Shown here: one piece after another, positions 12,329 to 25,959 of the stretch
Position numbering within the stretch: position 1 is the stretch's first letter
Layout of the letters: every line of letters starts with the position of its first letter
The notes under the pieces: generated by a model
Databases searched by the model: none
The model's input: the letters and a program-made list of their open reading frames with translations, nothing else
Told to the model about the DNA's origin: nothing
Origin: the human T2T-CHM13v2.0 reference genome, Homo sapiens
DNA length: 64,000 nt
Reading direction: 5' to 3' (one strand)
Assembly: GCF_009914755.1 (NCBI RefSeq)
Contig: NC_060942.1
Program-made: the position numbers and the translations under genes

Positions 12329-14875
12329 TGTGCTAGCTGGTTAATTTTCAGACTTGTTTATGTGATTACTTCATAGTGTCATTGGTCTGTGTACTTTAGT
12401 GTGCTTTTGCAGTGGCTGGTAAGTGTTTTTACTTTCCATATTTTGTGGTTCTTTCAGGAGTTCTTACAAGGCAGGCCTGGTGGTGACATATTCCCTTGGC
12501 ATTTGTTTATCTGAAAAGGATCTCATTTTTCCTTTGCTTATGAAGCTTAGTTTGGCCAGATATGAAATTCTGGGTTGGGATTTCTTTTTCTGAAGAATGT
12601 TGAATACCTAATCTCTTCTGGCTTATAGAGTTTCCACTGAGAGGTCTGCTGTTAGTCTGATGGACTTACCTTTGTAGGAGACCTGGCCTTTTTCTCTGGC
12701 TGCCCTTACATTTTTTCTTTCATTTCAACCTTGGAGAATCTGATGATTATATGTCTTGGGGTTGGTCTTCTCGTGGAGTATCTTACTGGGGTTCTTTTTA
12801 TTTCCTGAATTTGAATGTTGGCCTGTGTTGCTAAGTTGGGGTAGTTCTCCTGGATGATATCCTGAAGTATGTTTTCCAACTTGGTTTCATTCCCCCTGTG
12901 TTTTTCAGGTACTCCAATCAGTTATATGTTCAGTCTTTTTACATAATCCCATATTTCTCAGAGATTTTGTTCATTCCTCTTCATTCTTTTTTCTCTATTC
13001 TTGTCTGCCTGTCTTACTTCAGAAAGATAGTCTTCAGGCTCTGAGATTCTTTCCTCTGCTTGTTCTATTTGGCTATATTGATACTTGTAATTGCATTGTG
13101 AAGTTCTCGTGTTGTATTTTTCAGCTCTATCAGGTCAGTTATGTTTCTCTCTTAACTGGCTATTCTGGTTATCAGCTCCTGTAATGTTTTATCATGATTC
13201 TTAGCTTCTTTGCATTGGATTAGAACATGCTCCTTTAGTTCAGTGAATTTCATTATTACCCACCTTCGGAAGACTACTTCTGTCGATTTATCCATCTCAG
13301 CCTCAGCCCAGTTTTGTGCCCTTGCTGGAAAGATGTTGTGGTCATTTGGAGGAGAAGAGGCACTCCGGCTTTTTGAGTTTTCACTATTTTTGCATTGATT
13401 CTTTCTCATCTTTGTAGGCTTAGCTATCTTTGATCTTTGGGGTTGCTGACCTTTGAATGGGGTTTTTGTGGGGTCTTTTCAGTTGATGTTGTTGCTGCTT
13501 TCTGTTTTTTTATAATTATTTATTATTATGTTTTTTTAACAGGTCACTCTTCCGTAGGGCTTCTGTAGTTTGCTGTTGGTCACTTCAGACCCTAGTCACC
13601 TTGGTCTAGGAAGGTGTGAATCACCAGTGAAGGCTGTGAAACAACGAAGATGGAAGCCTGCTCCTTCCTCTGGGAGCTCTATCCCAAGGGGGCATCAACC
13701 TGGTGCCAGCTGGAATGCTCCTGTAAGAGGTGTCTGGAGACCCCTTTTAGGAGGTCTTATAGAGTCAGGAAGAATAGAATCAAGGACTCGCTTAAAGAAG
13801 CAGTCTGGCTGCCCCTTGGCAGAGGAGGTGCCCTGCACTGGCTGTCCAGCCTCTCCAGAAACAGCCGCCTAGCAAGACTAAGTCAGCTGAACCACAGAAA
13901 CAGCAGCTGCCGCTCCCCGCAGGGACTCTATTCCAGGGAGAGATCATAGCTCTGTTCATATAACCCTGGCTGGAGTTGCTGAAATTCCCATAGGGAGGCC
14001 CCACCCAGTGAGGAGGGATGGATCAAGTTCCCACTTAAAGAAACAGGCTGGCCACAATCAGGCATAGCAGCTGTGGTAGGTTGTGGGGAATTCCTTTTGG
14101 TCCCAGGTGCCTACAGGCTAGAGTGGCTGACTCCAGCTGCCGATATGGTAACTGCCCCTCCTTCCTGGAACTCAGTCCCTCTCAGGCGCTGTCACCAGCC
14201 TGCCACTGCTTGCTGGGTAGAATTCTAAGCCAGTGGGTCTTGTGAGGCCCCATGGGAGTGGAGTCCAACAGGAAGATGCCTCCCTGTATTGAGCCCCCTT
14301 TTTAGGGGAATGCCTGGGACCTCTTCCTTGCCGGAATTCCCAGGACTGGAGAATGCAAAACTCCTGGATTTTCCTCCATGCCCGAGTGAACAAGCGGCTG
14401 CTCCACCAAGACTCCACAAAGCTCTATGCTTTGGACCAAGGCCCTGGTGACCTGGGCTCAGGAGAGGATATCCTGATACACAGGTTGCAAAGATCCATAG
14501 GGAAGGCGTGGCTTCCTGGGCAGGGTGGCACAAAGACTCACCACCACCCTTGGCTGTGTGTGGGGACTCCATGGCTTCCTGATGCTCCCAGGTAAGCCAT
14601 CACCCCACCCTGTTTTTCCTCAGTCTCTGTGGGTCAAGCCGTCTGCCTACTTAGTCCCAGTGTGAGAATCTGGATACCTCAGTCAAAGGTACAGTGTACA
14701 CTCACTGTTTTGTGAAAGCGGCAGACTACAGCTGCTTCTAATTAGCCATCCCCTCCCCTGTTATATTTTTCTTATTAGGACACCAGTCATGTTGGATGAG
14801 GTCCTACTCTAATTGGGTATGACCCTTTCTTAACTTGATTACATCTTTAAAGACCCTATTTCTAAATAAGTTCAC

Positions 14876-16704
14876 TGTGTTAGTATGGGGCTGGGTAATT
14901 TATAGAGACAATGTGTTTATTTTCCTCATGGTTCTGTAGAGTATATAGGAATCCTGGTGCAAGCATCTCCTTCTAGTGAGGCCTCAGGAAGCTTATATTC
15001 AGCAGAAGGGAAAGGGAAGTAGTGTATCACGTGGCAAGAAAGGAAGTAAGAGGGAGAGTGGGGAAGCACTACAGTCTTTTAAAGATCTTACATCAGCTCT
15101 GAGAGAGAATTCACTCATTACCAAGGGAGTGGTGCTGAGCTATTCATAAAGGATCCACCCCTGTGATCCAATCACCTCCCACCAGGTCCCACCCTCAATA
15201 TTGGTGGTTACTTTTCAACATGAGATTTGAAGGGGACAAACATCCAAACCATATCACTCCACCCCAGCTCCCTAAATTTCATATCTTTCTCACATTGGAA
15301 AATACAAACATGCCTTCCCAATAGTCCCTAAAAGTCTTAACTTGTTCCAGCATCAAGTCCAAAGTACTAATTCTCACCTGAGACACATCTCCTTCCATGT
15401 ATAAGCCTGTAAAATAAAAAAAAAACAAATTATTTACTTCCAAGATACAATTAGTTGTGTAGGCGTTGGCTAGATATTCCCATTCCAAAAGGAAGAAATT
15501 GGCCAAAAGAAAGGGGCAACATGTCCCATGTGAGTCTGAAACCCAGACTAGTATAGGGCAGTGATGCCCCAGGCCTGGCTCACAAAACCATTCTTTTCTC
15601 CCAGGCCTCTGGGCCTGTGATGGGAGGGGCAGCCTGGAAAATTTCTGAAATGACTTTGAAGCCTTTTTCCCATTGTTTTGGAGAGTAACACCTGGCTCCC
15701 TTTTAGTCATGCAAATCTGCCTAGCAAGTTATTTTTCTGCAGCCTGCTTATATTCCTCTCCTGAAAAAGCATTTTCTTTCTCTGCCACATAGCCAAGATG
15801 CAAATTTTCCAAACTTTTATATTATGCTTCCCTATTAATTATAAATTCTAACATTGAGTCATTTCTGTGCTCCCACCTCTGATTGTAGGTTGTTAGATGC
15901 AGCCACATCAATTTTTGAACACTTTGCTGCTTAGAAATTTCTTCTACCAGATGCTTTAAGTCATCACTCTTACGTTCAACCCTCCACAGATCCCTAGGAC
16001 ATGTACACGTGTCCAAGCTGTTTGCTAGGACATAAACATGTGACCTTTACTCCAGTTCCCAATAACTTCCCAATTTCCATCTGAGACTTCAGCCTGGACT
16101 TCAGTCTCCACATCTCTATCAGCATTTTGGTCACAACCATTTAACCAGTGTCTAAGAAGTTCTAAGATTTCCCTTGTCTTCCTGTCTTCTTCTGAGCCCT
16201 TCAAACTCTTCCAGTCTCTGCCCATTACCCAGTTCCAAAGTTGCTTCCACATATTCAGTTATGTTTCTATCAACATCCCACTACTAGGTATCAATATTCT
16301 GTTAGTTTGTTCTTGTATTGTTATAAAGAAACACCTGAAGTTGACTAATTTATAAAGAAAAGATGTTTATTTTGGTTCAGAGTTCTGCAGGCTGTACAAG
16401 AATTGTGGTGCCAGCATCTGCTTCTTGTGATGGCCTCACGGAGCTTCCAATCATGGTAGAAAGTGAAGGGGAGCAGCGTATCACGTGGCAAGAGAGGGAG
16501 TAAGAGAGAGAGGAAGGATGTCTCTAACAGCCAGATCTCGTGTGAACTCAGAGTGAGAATTCAGTCATTACCAAGGGTATGGCACTAAGCTATTCATGAA
16601 GGATCCTTCCCGTGATCTAACACATCCCCCTAGGCCCCACCTTCAACACTGGAGGACACATTTTAACATGAGATTTGGAGGGGAAAAACATCAAAAGCAT
16701 CTCA
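14876..16704 (-). mobile_element. MaLR provirus (MSTB-like): LTR 14876-15256, internal 15257-16299, LTR 16300-16704
   Basis: Two homologous LTRs (tgt...tca termini); internal MaLR text (ORF-like MWKQLWNWVMGR...); degenerate TSD ttcac/gtcat. Confidence 0.88.
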
Positions 16705-17389
16705 GTCATATAAACAGGAAATGAAGGTTGGGGCTCCAACATGTCTTTTTTGGGGGCACACGATTCATCCCGCAACAAAGGCCTTTCATTTAATTTTTTT
16801 ATTTGGTTGACAGTAATTATTTTAATCCAGTAATCCTTGTCATACTGTCTGTCAGCCTTCAGTAATTTGAATAGCCCATATTGAATCTAGTTGCTCAGAG
16901 ATAAAGCAAAGAGGTTCTAAAAATAGTTATAACTGGTTCTTGGATATTGATTTTGGTCTATTGAGTTATTGTCATAACACTTTCATTTCTAATGTAAGTA
17001 GTCTGATTTGATTTGAGACATCAGTAAGGAATAACGCTGATTACACCAACATGGTAGATAAAAGATTTTGGTAGAAAATCTAACAATTATTTGTTAAACA
17101 TGTTAAGTATTAAATACCACCCTTATTCAACCTTAACACTAAACAATTTCATTTTCTATGTTATTTCTTCTGGAATTTTTTCCTGAACAATTAACTAAAA
17201 TGTATCTTAGGTTATCATGAGACTGATTTTTGTTTTGATTTCTTAATATAGCTAGAATCCAATGCATGTATGTCTATCACCAGGTTACTAGAACTCAGAA
17301 TTTGAATGTGGTCAATAGATTTGTTTGAATGTTGTGTTACAGAAAACGTAAAGTGCTTGATGTAGAATAGGGGTAATATTTAAAATACA

Positions 17390-17560
17390 TTCACCATGCA
17401 TTTATCAAGGGCTTATTGTCTGCTAATCACTGTGCCAAGTTTTGGAGACATAAATATGCTAAGGCAAAAATCCCTTCTCTCAAGAAACTCACTGTCTGTG
17501 GAAGATAGAACTATGTAAACAGGTGTGTAACACTGTAATAAATATCATAGTAGGAAAATA
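17390..17560. mobile_element. L2 3' fragment
   Basis: cattcaccatgcatttatcaagggcttattg...cactgtgccaag...cccttctctcaagaaactcactgtct. Confidence 0.55.
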
Positions 17561-17569
17561 GAATCAGTT

Positions 17570-17920
17570 ACGAGTTCACACATTTCCTTTTGGAACGTGA
17601 GCCTGCTACCTCTTTTGTTTGTTTGTTTGTTTTACAGCCCACATACTCAGAGGTAAGAATGGCTTTCATATTTTAATTGTTTAAAAGAATTCAAAAGAAG
17701 AATAATAGTTTATGACAAGTGAAACTGATATGAAGCTAACATTTCAATGTTCATAAATAAAATTTTATTGGGACACAGTTCTTCCCATTCTTGGTGTATT
17801 ATCTATGGCTTTTTTCATGCTATATTTAGATAGTAGAATACTTACGACAGAGATGCTATGGTCCTTGAAGCCTAAAATGCTTATTATTTAGCCCTTTATA
17901 AATAAATTTATCAACCCTTG
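17570..17920 (+). mobile_element. MER58B-like non-autonomous hAT element
   Basis: taagaatggctttcatatttt; aataaaattttattgggacacag; gacagagatgctatggtccttgaagcctaaaat...tttagccctttata...tcaacccttg. Shares blocks with 33703-33970. Confidence 0.75.
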
Positions 17921-19892
17921 TATAAGGTGCTTTTGGAATAATGAAGAAAGGGTGACTATTATTTTTTGAAAAACTAACAGTGACTTTTGACTATGAAGAA
18001 ATTTGCATTTAACTTTTATTCACTTGAAAGTGCTGAGAGGAAAACTCAAGAAAAACTACAAGGCTGTTTATTGATAAGTGGATCCTGAAATTTACCAGTT
18101 TATGGAGCAGCCAGAGTTAAGTAGTACCCAGGAAAGGATCAGGTGTGAATAAGACATACATTATTTGTCCTGGGACCTTTCAAGTTTAATCTGAGAGATA
18201 CTGTGTTAATTTTAATTTTTCATATGCCCCATCTTCTTACTAATCTTTCTTTCTATCTAACACCTATGATTTATAGAGAATTATTTGAAAATAACTCTCC
18301 ATTCCTGAGGCTATTGTGTTTCAGTCCACTAGAACCTTCCAGCAAATCAACTGGAACCTCGAGAAAGGCCTATAAACTCCACTTTCCTACCATTACCAGG
18401 GAGGCAGTGCAGATTTGGGTTTTTAGAAAAGCCAACCTTAAATCCTTTCTATTGAGGCTAATTGATCAATAATTAGTCACCACAGTTACTAATGGTTTAA
18501 TGTAAACAGTTTTTTAATTTAAAATTTTCTGATATTTCAGTTCAATAATTGAGAATTCATCCAGAATGGTTCATCTGAATGTACAAAAAGAGTCACTTAG
18601 AAAAGGAATAACTTTCCTTATCCTTCTCCTGGACTGAACTAATTTTTTCTGCATAAAATGTCTATTGTTTCTTTCTCTATTTCACAAAAGTAGCTTTATT
18701 TTTATGAAACTTTCCTCTTTTCCCTTTTCTTTTTCTTTTATTTTCGAATAGAACAAAGCAGAAAGTGAAAATTTTCTCTTGGATTTGATTTGGCAATGGA
18801 AAAGATTTTCTTGTAGGCATAAAATGAATGACAGAAAGATAACATTTTGATATCTCTGAGATAATGCTGGGTGATGTTAACTGTAATTTAAATTTACTTC
18901 CCGGCTCGCCTTGGGTTAGAATATCACTTTCAGATCACTAAATACTAAGGATGTAAAGATGGTTATATAAGTTACAATTGTATGTTACATCAATTGTACA
19001 TTTCTTCAAAGATCATTCAAGGTTCTTTTCATTGTTTTGAGACATTTTCTAAGTATTCCCAGGTTGGAGGGCAAAGGAATTATATAAATTTAGCTTCTTT
19101 ATACTGTCAGGCTATAGTACTCACACTTATCTGATCTCTTGAAACTCAAAGTAGACATTTTAAAGTGTCTATCATTGATATATTCCATATGTGTTTGATA
19201 TCGTAGGTCAACTGTATTTTATTTTTTATATTTAGGCAAAATATTCTCTTTAAATAGCAGTAGTTATACCTGCAGTGTAGAACTTTTTAAAATCTATATC
19301 TGTTATATTAGTATAATTCTATTGTGAATTTTTTCATACTACAAACTGAGAGAAAACAGTTCTCAAAGAAATAGAAATTATTAAAAAATGAAAAATACAG
19401 ATCATAAGCCTAGTATTACACTTTTCCATGTATTTTATTCATTGTCATATGCTTATTATCACTGCAATTCTACTTAAGAGTTGAGTAAAGTGGATACTAA
19501 TTTTCCCGGGCAGGTCTATTTTTGGAGCACAAATATAATGCTGCTATAATTTGATGATGACTAGTGTTCACACTGTGAATGCATCTGAAGTCACATTCTG
19601 CAGAATACCAGATACCTATGACTCATAAAATGGGTGAGCTTTTCCCAGAAGTTCACAGATCAGTTAAAAGAATCTTTGTAAGATATTTAATTAAAGGACA
19701 GATACATATATAATCTCTCCCTTCTTATTCCTTATCTGCAAGAACATAGATACAGAGTATTTTTAGTTATCTTCAATAATTATAAGAGTTAATCAAAACT
19801 TTAATTTTTCTGACAATACATAATTATGCAGTATTTCAAATTTTAGCTCTAAGGCAACTAGAAAATTTTCCAGAAATATTTTTGGATTAGGA

Positions 19893-19965
19893 GTGTATGT
19901 GTGTGTGTGTGCGCGCGCGTGTGTGTGTGTATATATATTTATTTATTTATTTATTTATATAATAT
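19893..19965. repeat. Compound (TG)n(CG)n(TG)n(TA)n(ATTT)n microsatellite
   Basis: Seen directly. Confidence 0.9.
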
Positions 19966-20427
19966 ATGATACATTTAACATTTGATAAAAATACCGAGTG
20001 AAATTAACACAACTATTTTTATATATCTCAAAGGCAAACACATTAACTAGTACATTATTTCACTCAGGATTTATTTCTTTTATGTATATGAGACTGCTTA
20101 GTTTAACCTATCTGTAAGTACAAATGGATTGTCTCAGTATTGCATAGCCAATGGTTATGATTTTGGGCTTATGTTTGCCCTAAAACCATAAGAATAATTA
20201 ATTAAATATATGTATACTATTTTGCGTTAAGAAATTATTTTAGATCAAGTTGTACTATAATCCTAGAAGTGGGTTTTTATCTTTACATGCAATAGTACAT
20301 ATCTCACATAGGAAAGAGTAATTGAGCTCTGCCTTCGTCCTACTTAATAACCCAAACTGGACCCCATTTCTCCAACTCCAGTAAGTTTCATATTCCCTGG
20401 CAAAGCAGATTAAATCAAGGTGATAAT

Positions 20428-20446
20428 GAAGAAGAAGAAGAAGAAG
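20428..20446. repeat. (GAA)6 microsatellite
   Basis: Seen directly. Confidence 0.85.
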
Positions 20447-21197
20447 CTAATAGTGGGAAGCAGAAGCATTGCATAATCAGTTATACCATACTGTGGTCGT
20501 CATTCTTCAGGTGCACTTTTTGAAACTGACTAGTAGGCTCCAGAGAACTTTTGAACTTCAAATAATCATTTGTGATTGTGTGTCACAAACCTGTATCAAC
20601 TACAAGCACAAACATGCACATCAATAGCAGTGCATATTAAGTAAAAATTTTAAATTCAGAAAATAGTACTGGGAAGAAAACAAGAAAGTTAACCTTGGAC
20701 CTATAGCAAGAAGTGGCCTGTGCAAGTGTGTCTATTGATAATTGGAGTGGGACATGGTTTTTAAAGTGTTAGTTGAAAATTTCTAAAAATTTTTAAGATA
20801 AGGTGCTTTTAGAATTTTTCAAATATCACTTATTTTACCCATCTATCTTGTAAAAAAGTTTTTTTTTTTCATTTACCTCCCAAATTGGTCATAATACAGA
20901 AATTGGGTATGGTTTAAATGATATTAATTTTGCTTATTAAAATGTATGCAAATATGCTACGAGAAGTTAACTTCTCTTTTTTTAAATTATTATTATACTT
21001 TTAAGTTTTAGGGTACATGTGCACAATGTGCAGGTTAGTTACATATGTATACATGTGCCATGCTGGTGTGCTGCACCCATTAACTCGTCATTTAGCATTA
21101 GGTATATCTCCTAATGCTATCCCTCCCCCCTCCCCACACCCCACAACAGTCCCCAGAGTGTGATGTTCCCCTTCCTGTGTCCATGTGTTCTCATTGT

Positions 21198-22121
<924 letters not shown>

Positions 22122-22149
22122 TTAAGTTTAAAGTTAAGTTTAGCTTAAG

Positions 22150-22460
<311 letters not shown>

Positions 22461-22463
22461 TTA

Positions 22464-22556
<93 letters not shown>

Positions 22557-22559
22557 TCA

Positions 22560-22854
<295 letters not shown>

Positions 22855-23310
22855 TCATTGAGCAGTGGTTTGTAGTTCTCCTTGAAGAGGTCCTTCATGT
22901 CCCTTGTAAGTTGGATCCTAGGTATTTTATTGTCTTTGTAGCTTCTCTTTCAAAGTATGTCAATCATACTTCAATAAATTTGTGTACATTACTTTCAAAA
23001 GCTATTATGTTGAAGAGGTTTGCATACTTTTCAATTTTTATGAACATTATTTAATTGAGAAAGAGTAGTTGAATGGCCAAAAATGTGAAACTTGTATTTA
23101 ATATAAAGTTCTTAAGAAGATGAGAAGGCACAGGGTTTAGAAAACTTACACAGTGATAGTATCTAATTTGGAGGTAAAGCCCGTCTTTTGATATAACAAG
23201 AAAACAAAGATGGGCTATATTAGGATTTATGTAGATTTACAGGTGGATTTGGGAAGTTAAGGAAGATCTGACCCTTTGTCTTCTCTGTTCTCAGTGGAAT
23301 AGAAAGAGAT

Positions 23311-24560
23311 TGTGTTAGTCCATTTTCATGCTGCTGATAAAGACACACCCAAGACTGGGCAACTTACAAAAGGAAGAGTTTTAATGGGCTTAGAGTTCCA
23401 CATGGCTGGGGAGACCTCACAGTCATGGTGGAAGATGAGGAGGAGCAAGTCACATCTTATGTGGATAGTGGCAGGCAAAAAGATAGCTTGTGCAGGGAAA
23501 CTCACCCTTTTTTGTTTTATGTTTTTTGACATGGAGTCTCACTCTGTCATCCAGGCTGGGATGCAGTGGCACAATCTTGGCTTACTGCAACCTCCGCCCC
23601 CCGGGTTCAAGTGATTTTCCTGCCTCAGGCTCCTGAGTAGCTGGGACTACAGGTATGCACCACCACACCTGGCTAATTTTTGTATTTTTAGTAGAGATGA
23701 GGTTTCACCAAGTTGGCCAGGCTGGTCTTGTACTCCTAACCTCAGATGATCTGCCTGCCTCGGCCTCCCAAAGTGCTGGGATTACAGGCATGAACCACTG
23801 CACCCGGCCCCTGGTCAATGTTTTAATTGCAGGCTTATCTTCTGCCAGATACCCTAAGTCATCTCTCTCAAGTTCAAAGTTCCACAAATCTCTAGGGCAA
23901 ATCTAGGGCAAATCTCAGGGGCAAAATGCCTCCAGTCTCTTGATTCACCTTAGTTCCACTTCCCAACAAGTTCGTTATCTCTATCTGAGACCACCTCAGC
24001 CAGGGTTTCATTGTCCATATCATTATCAGCATTTTTGACAAAGCCATTCAACAAGTCTCTAGGAAGTTCCAAATTTTCCCATATTTTTCTGTCTTCTTCT
24101 GAGCCCTCCAAACTGTTCCAACCTCTGCCTTTTACCCAGTTCCAAAGTTGCTTCCACATTTTTGGATATGCTACAGCAGCGCCCCTCTACCTGGTACCAA
24201 TTTACTGTATTAGTCCATTTTCATGCTACTGATAAAGACACACCTGAGACTTGGCAATGTGCAAAAGAAAGAGATTTAATGGAACTTACAGTTCCACGTG
24301 GCTGGGGAGGCATCACAATCATGGTGGAAGGCAAGGAGGAGCAAGTCAAATCTTACGTGGATGGTGGCAGGCAAAAAGAGAGCTCGTGCAGGGAAACTCC
24401 CATTTTTTAAACCATCAGACCATGTGAGACTTATTCACTATCAAGAGAACAGCACGGGAAAGATCTGCTGCCATGATTCAATTTACTCCCACTGGTTCTG
24501 TCCCACAACACGTGGAAATTCAAGATGAGACTTGGGTAGGGACACAGCTAAACCATATCA
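23311..24560 (-). mobile_element. THE1 MaLR provirus, internally deleted: partial LTR 23311-23507, internal 23839-24205, full LTR 24206-24560
   Basis: tgtgttagtcc/tgtattagtcc LTR ends; aaccatatca terminus; TSD gagat/gggat. Confidence 0.9.
23508..23809 (-). mobile_element. AluS-type element inserted in the THE1 LTR
   Basis: T-rich tail at the LTR T-run; gcaacctccg; ttcaagtgatt; acctcagatgatc. No matching TSD on the 5' side. Confidence 0.92.
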
Positions 24561-24569
24561 GGGATGTTG

Positions 24570-25700
24570 AGTTAAAATAGGAGTTGTAAGTCAAGGGAGC
24601 ACACATTGAATAGAAAACGTGTTATATTAAAAACTGAGCCAAATTCGAAGGTCTATTTGGGGTAGGTGATTATGAAAGCCTTCATATATAACTACTTTAA
24701 ATGTTGCTCCATTTCTCAATTGCATGTGTGGAATATCCATCAATGGATGGAGTTTTGACCTATAAAAATAATTGAAATAAAGAAGGTTGCAAGGGATATT
24801 GTTTCAAAAGTTTCAACGTATGATACATCACAGAGCTTCACAGATAGGAGAAAGTAAAGGGCTCATAAACTGAGTGAAAGTAAGGGGTCAGTGGAATAGG
24901 GCCTTGATGTTAAGCAATAGTCAGAATATGTAGCTGAAGAAGCAACTAGAAGGAGAAGAAGTTGTGGTCATAATCTGGGGTGTTTGGATTAGTGATGTTG
25001 GACGTGGAGCAATTTTGTAAAATAATTTGGTCAGGCTATGTTGTCATTAAAGAGTAAAGAAGAAGAAAGAAGATCATTAGAGATGAGAACAATAAAGTAC
25101 TAAGAAGTAGGCTATTGTGTGGGCATTCATATTGAGTCACTTAAGGTAATGACAGAACTTGGGACAGAGAGGAAAATTTTGAGCCACCAGTCACTTCTTA
25201 AAACGATCAGGGGGTGCAAACATGAAGATGGTGGATGACAACAACAGAGTGGACAGTGGTAAAGACAAAGTGAGCAGGATTTTTTTGTAAGGCAGTTTTA
25301 GTGAATTATCTGTTTATGAGTTGTGGTGATTTATCTGGCAAAATAAAATAAAGAATACAAATCTTATCTCCTGATCTTGAGGCACAAGTTTATGACTTGA
25401 CCAAATTTTAGGGGAACTGTGATTTTAGATTCAATTAAGACAAGTATAAGGAACAATCTCAGAAAGACTGAGGATGTTTGTGGAGTTAGCTGATAACGGA
25501 ACTGTATATGCCAAGGCACAGTGAAAAATGTTCCAGGGAAATGGCCAAGTTAGGAGCAAAACTTACGTAGAACTTATTGAGGATAAAGGTATGGCAAAGA
25601 TCTGGTAGGCCAGGGATTTTGAATATAGGTGTCAATTGATGAAATTTGTGAAGCTATGTGTGGTAGTCTAAAAATAAATTGCTTTAAAGAGGGTGGGCTT
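24570..25700. mobile_element. Possible ancient LINE (L2-like) internal remnant
   Basis: Long purine-skewed degenerate sequence. Compositional impression only. Confidence 0.3.
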
Positions 25701-25959
25701 CAACCTTGGACTAGGTTTAGATAAGAGGCATTTTGGGTGCTAACTTTAAGGACAGTCACTCTCAGAGTCATGCACACACAGGATTGCCTCTTGAATTACA
25801 CTGAGAGGGTTCCTTTTTAAAAGTTACGCCCTTGACTTCACTTTTGCTTCACCCTTGTCCTGGTGTCTCCAGAATAATCATCTTACTATGCCTGTGGCTG
25901 GAATACTATTTATCCCAGGGGTTGCAGCCTCTGCACACGAATGCATGCTACATTATGAG

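Larger units (their letters stand above)
7958..14757 (-). mobile_element. Near full-length older primate L1 (about L1PA8-13) with disrupted ORFs
   Basis: 3' UTR about 7960-8200; ORF2 remnants 8199-12328 (endonuclease N-term IITLNVNGLNALIKRHR; C-term [16 protein letters not shown]); ORF1 N-term MRKNQCKNSENSK at 13409; GC-richer 5' UTR to about 14757. Confidence 0.95.
7665..16777 (-). mobile_element. MLT1 (MLT1B/C-like) solo LTR split into three pieces: 7665-~7955, ~14760-14875, ~16705-16777
   Basis: Starts tgtgttagtttcctag...aaaactgagtggcttaaaacaacagaaatt; continues ttattaggacaccagtcatgttggat; ends gggggcacacgattcatcccgcaaca. Flanks aagtc/aaggc form a 5-bp TSD with 1 mismatch. Confidence 0.8.

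Noticed and set aside
15279-16252. MaLR internal ORFs (also 23950-24159)
   Set aside because: Fragmented MST/THE1 internal sequence, not a host gene.
18203-18472. 89-aa ORF in unique DNA
   Set aside because: Non-ATG start, no recognisable domain, no convincing splice sites.
19552-19590. C/D-box snoRNA-like ATGATGA...CTGA (similar at about 816-841)
   Set aside because: The boxes are only about 15-25 nt apart, too short for a snoRNA, and there is no convincing terminal stem.
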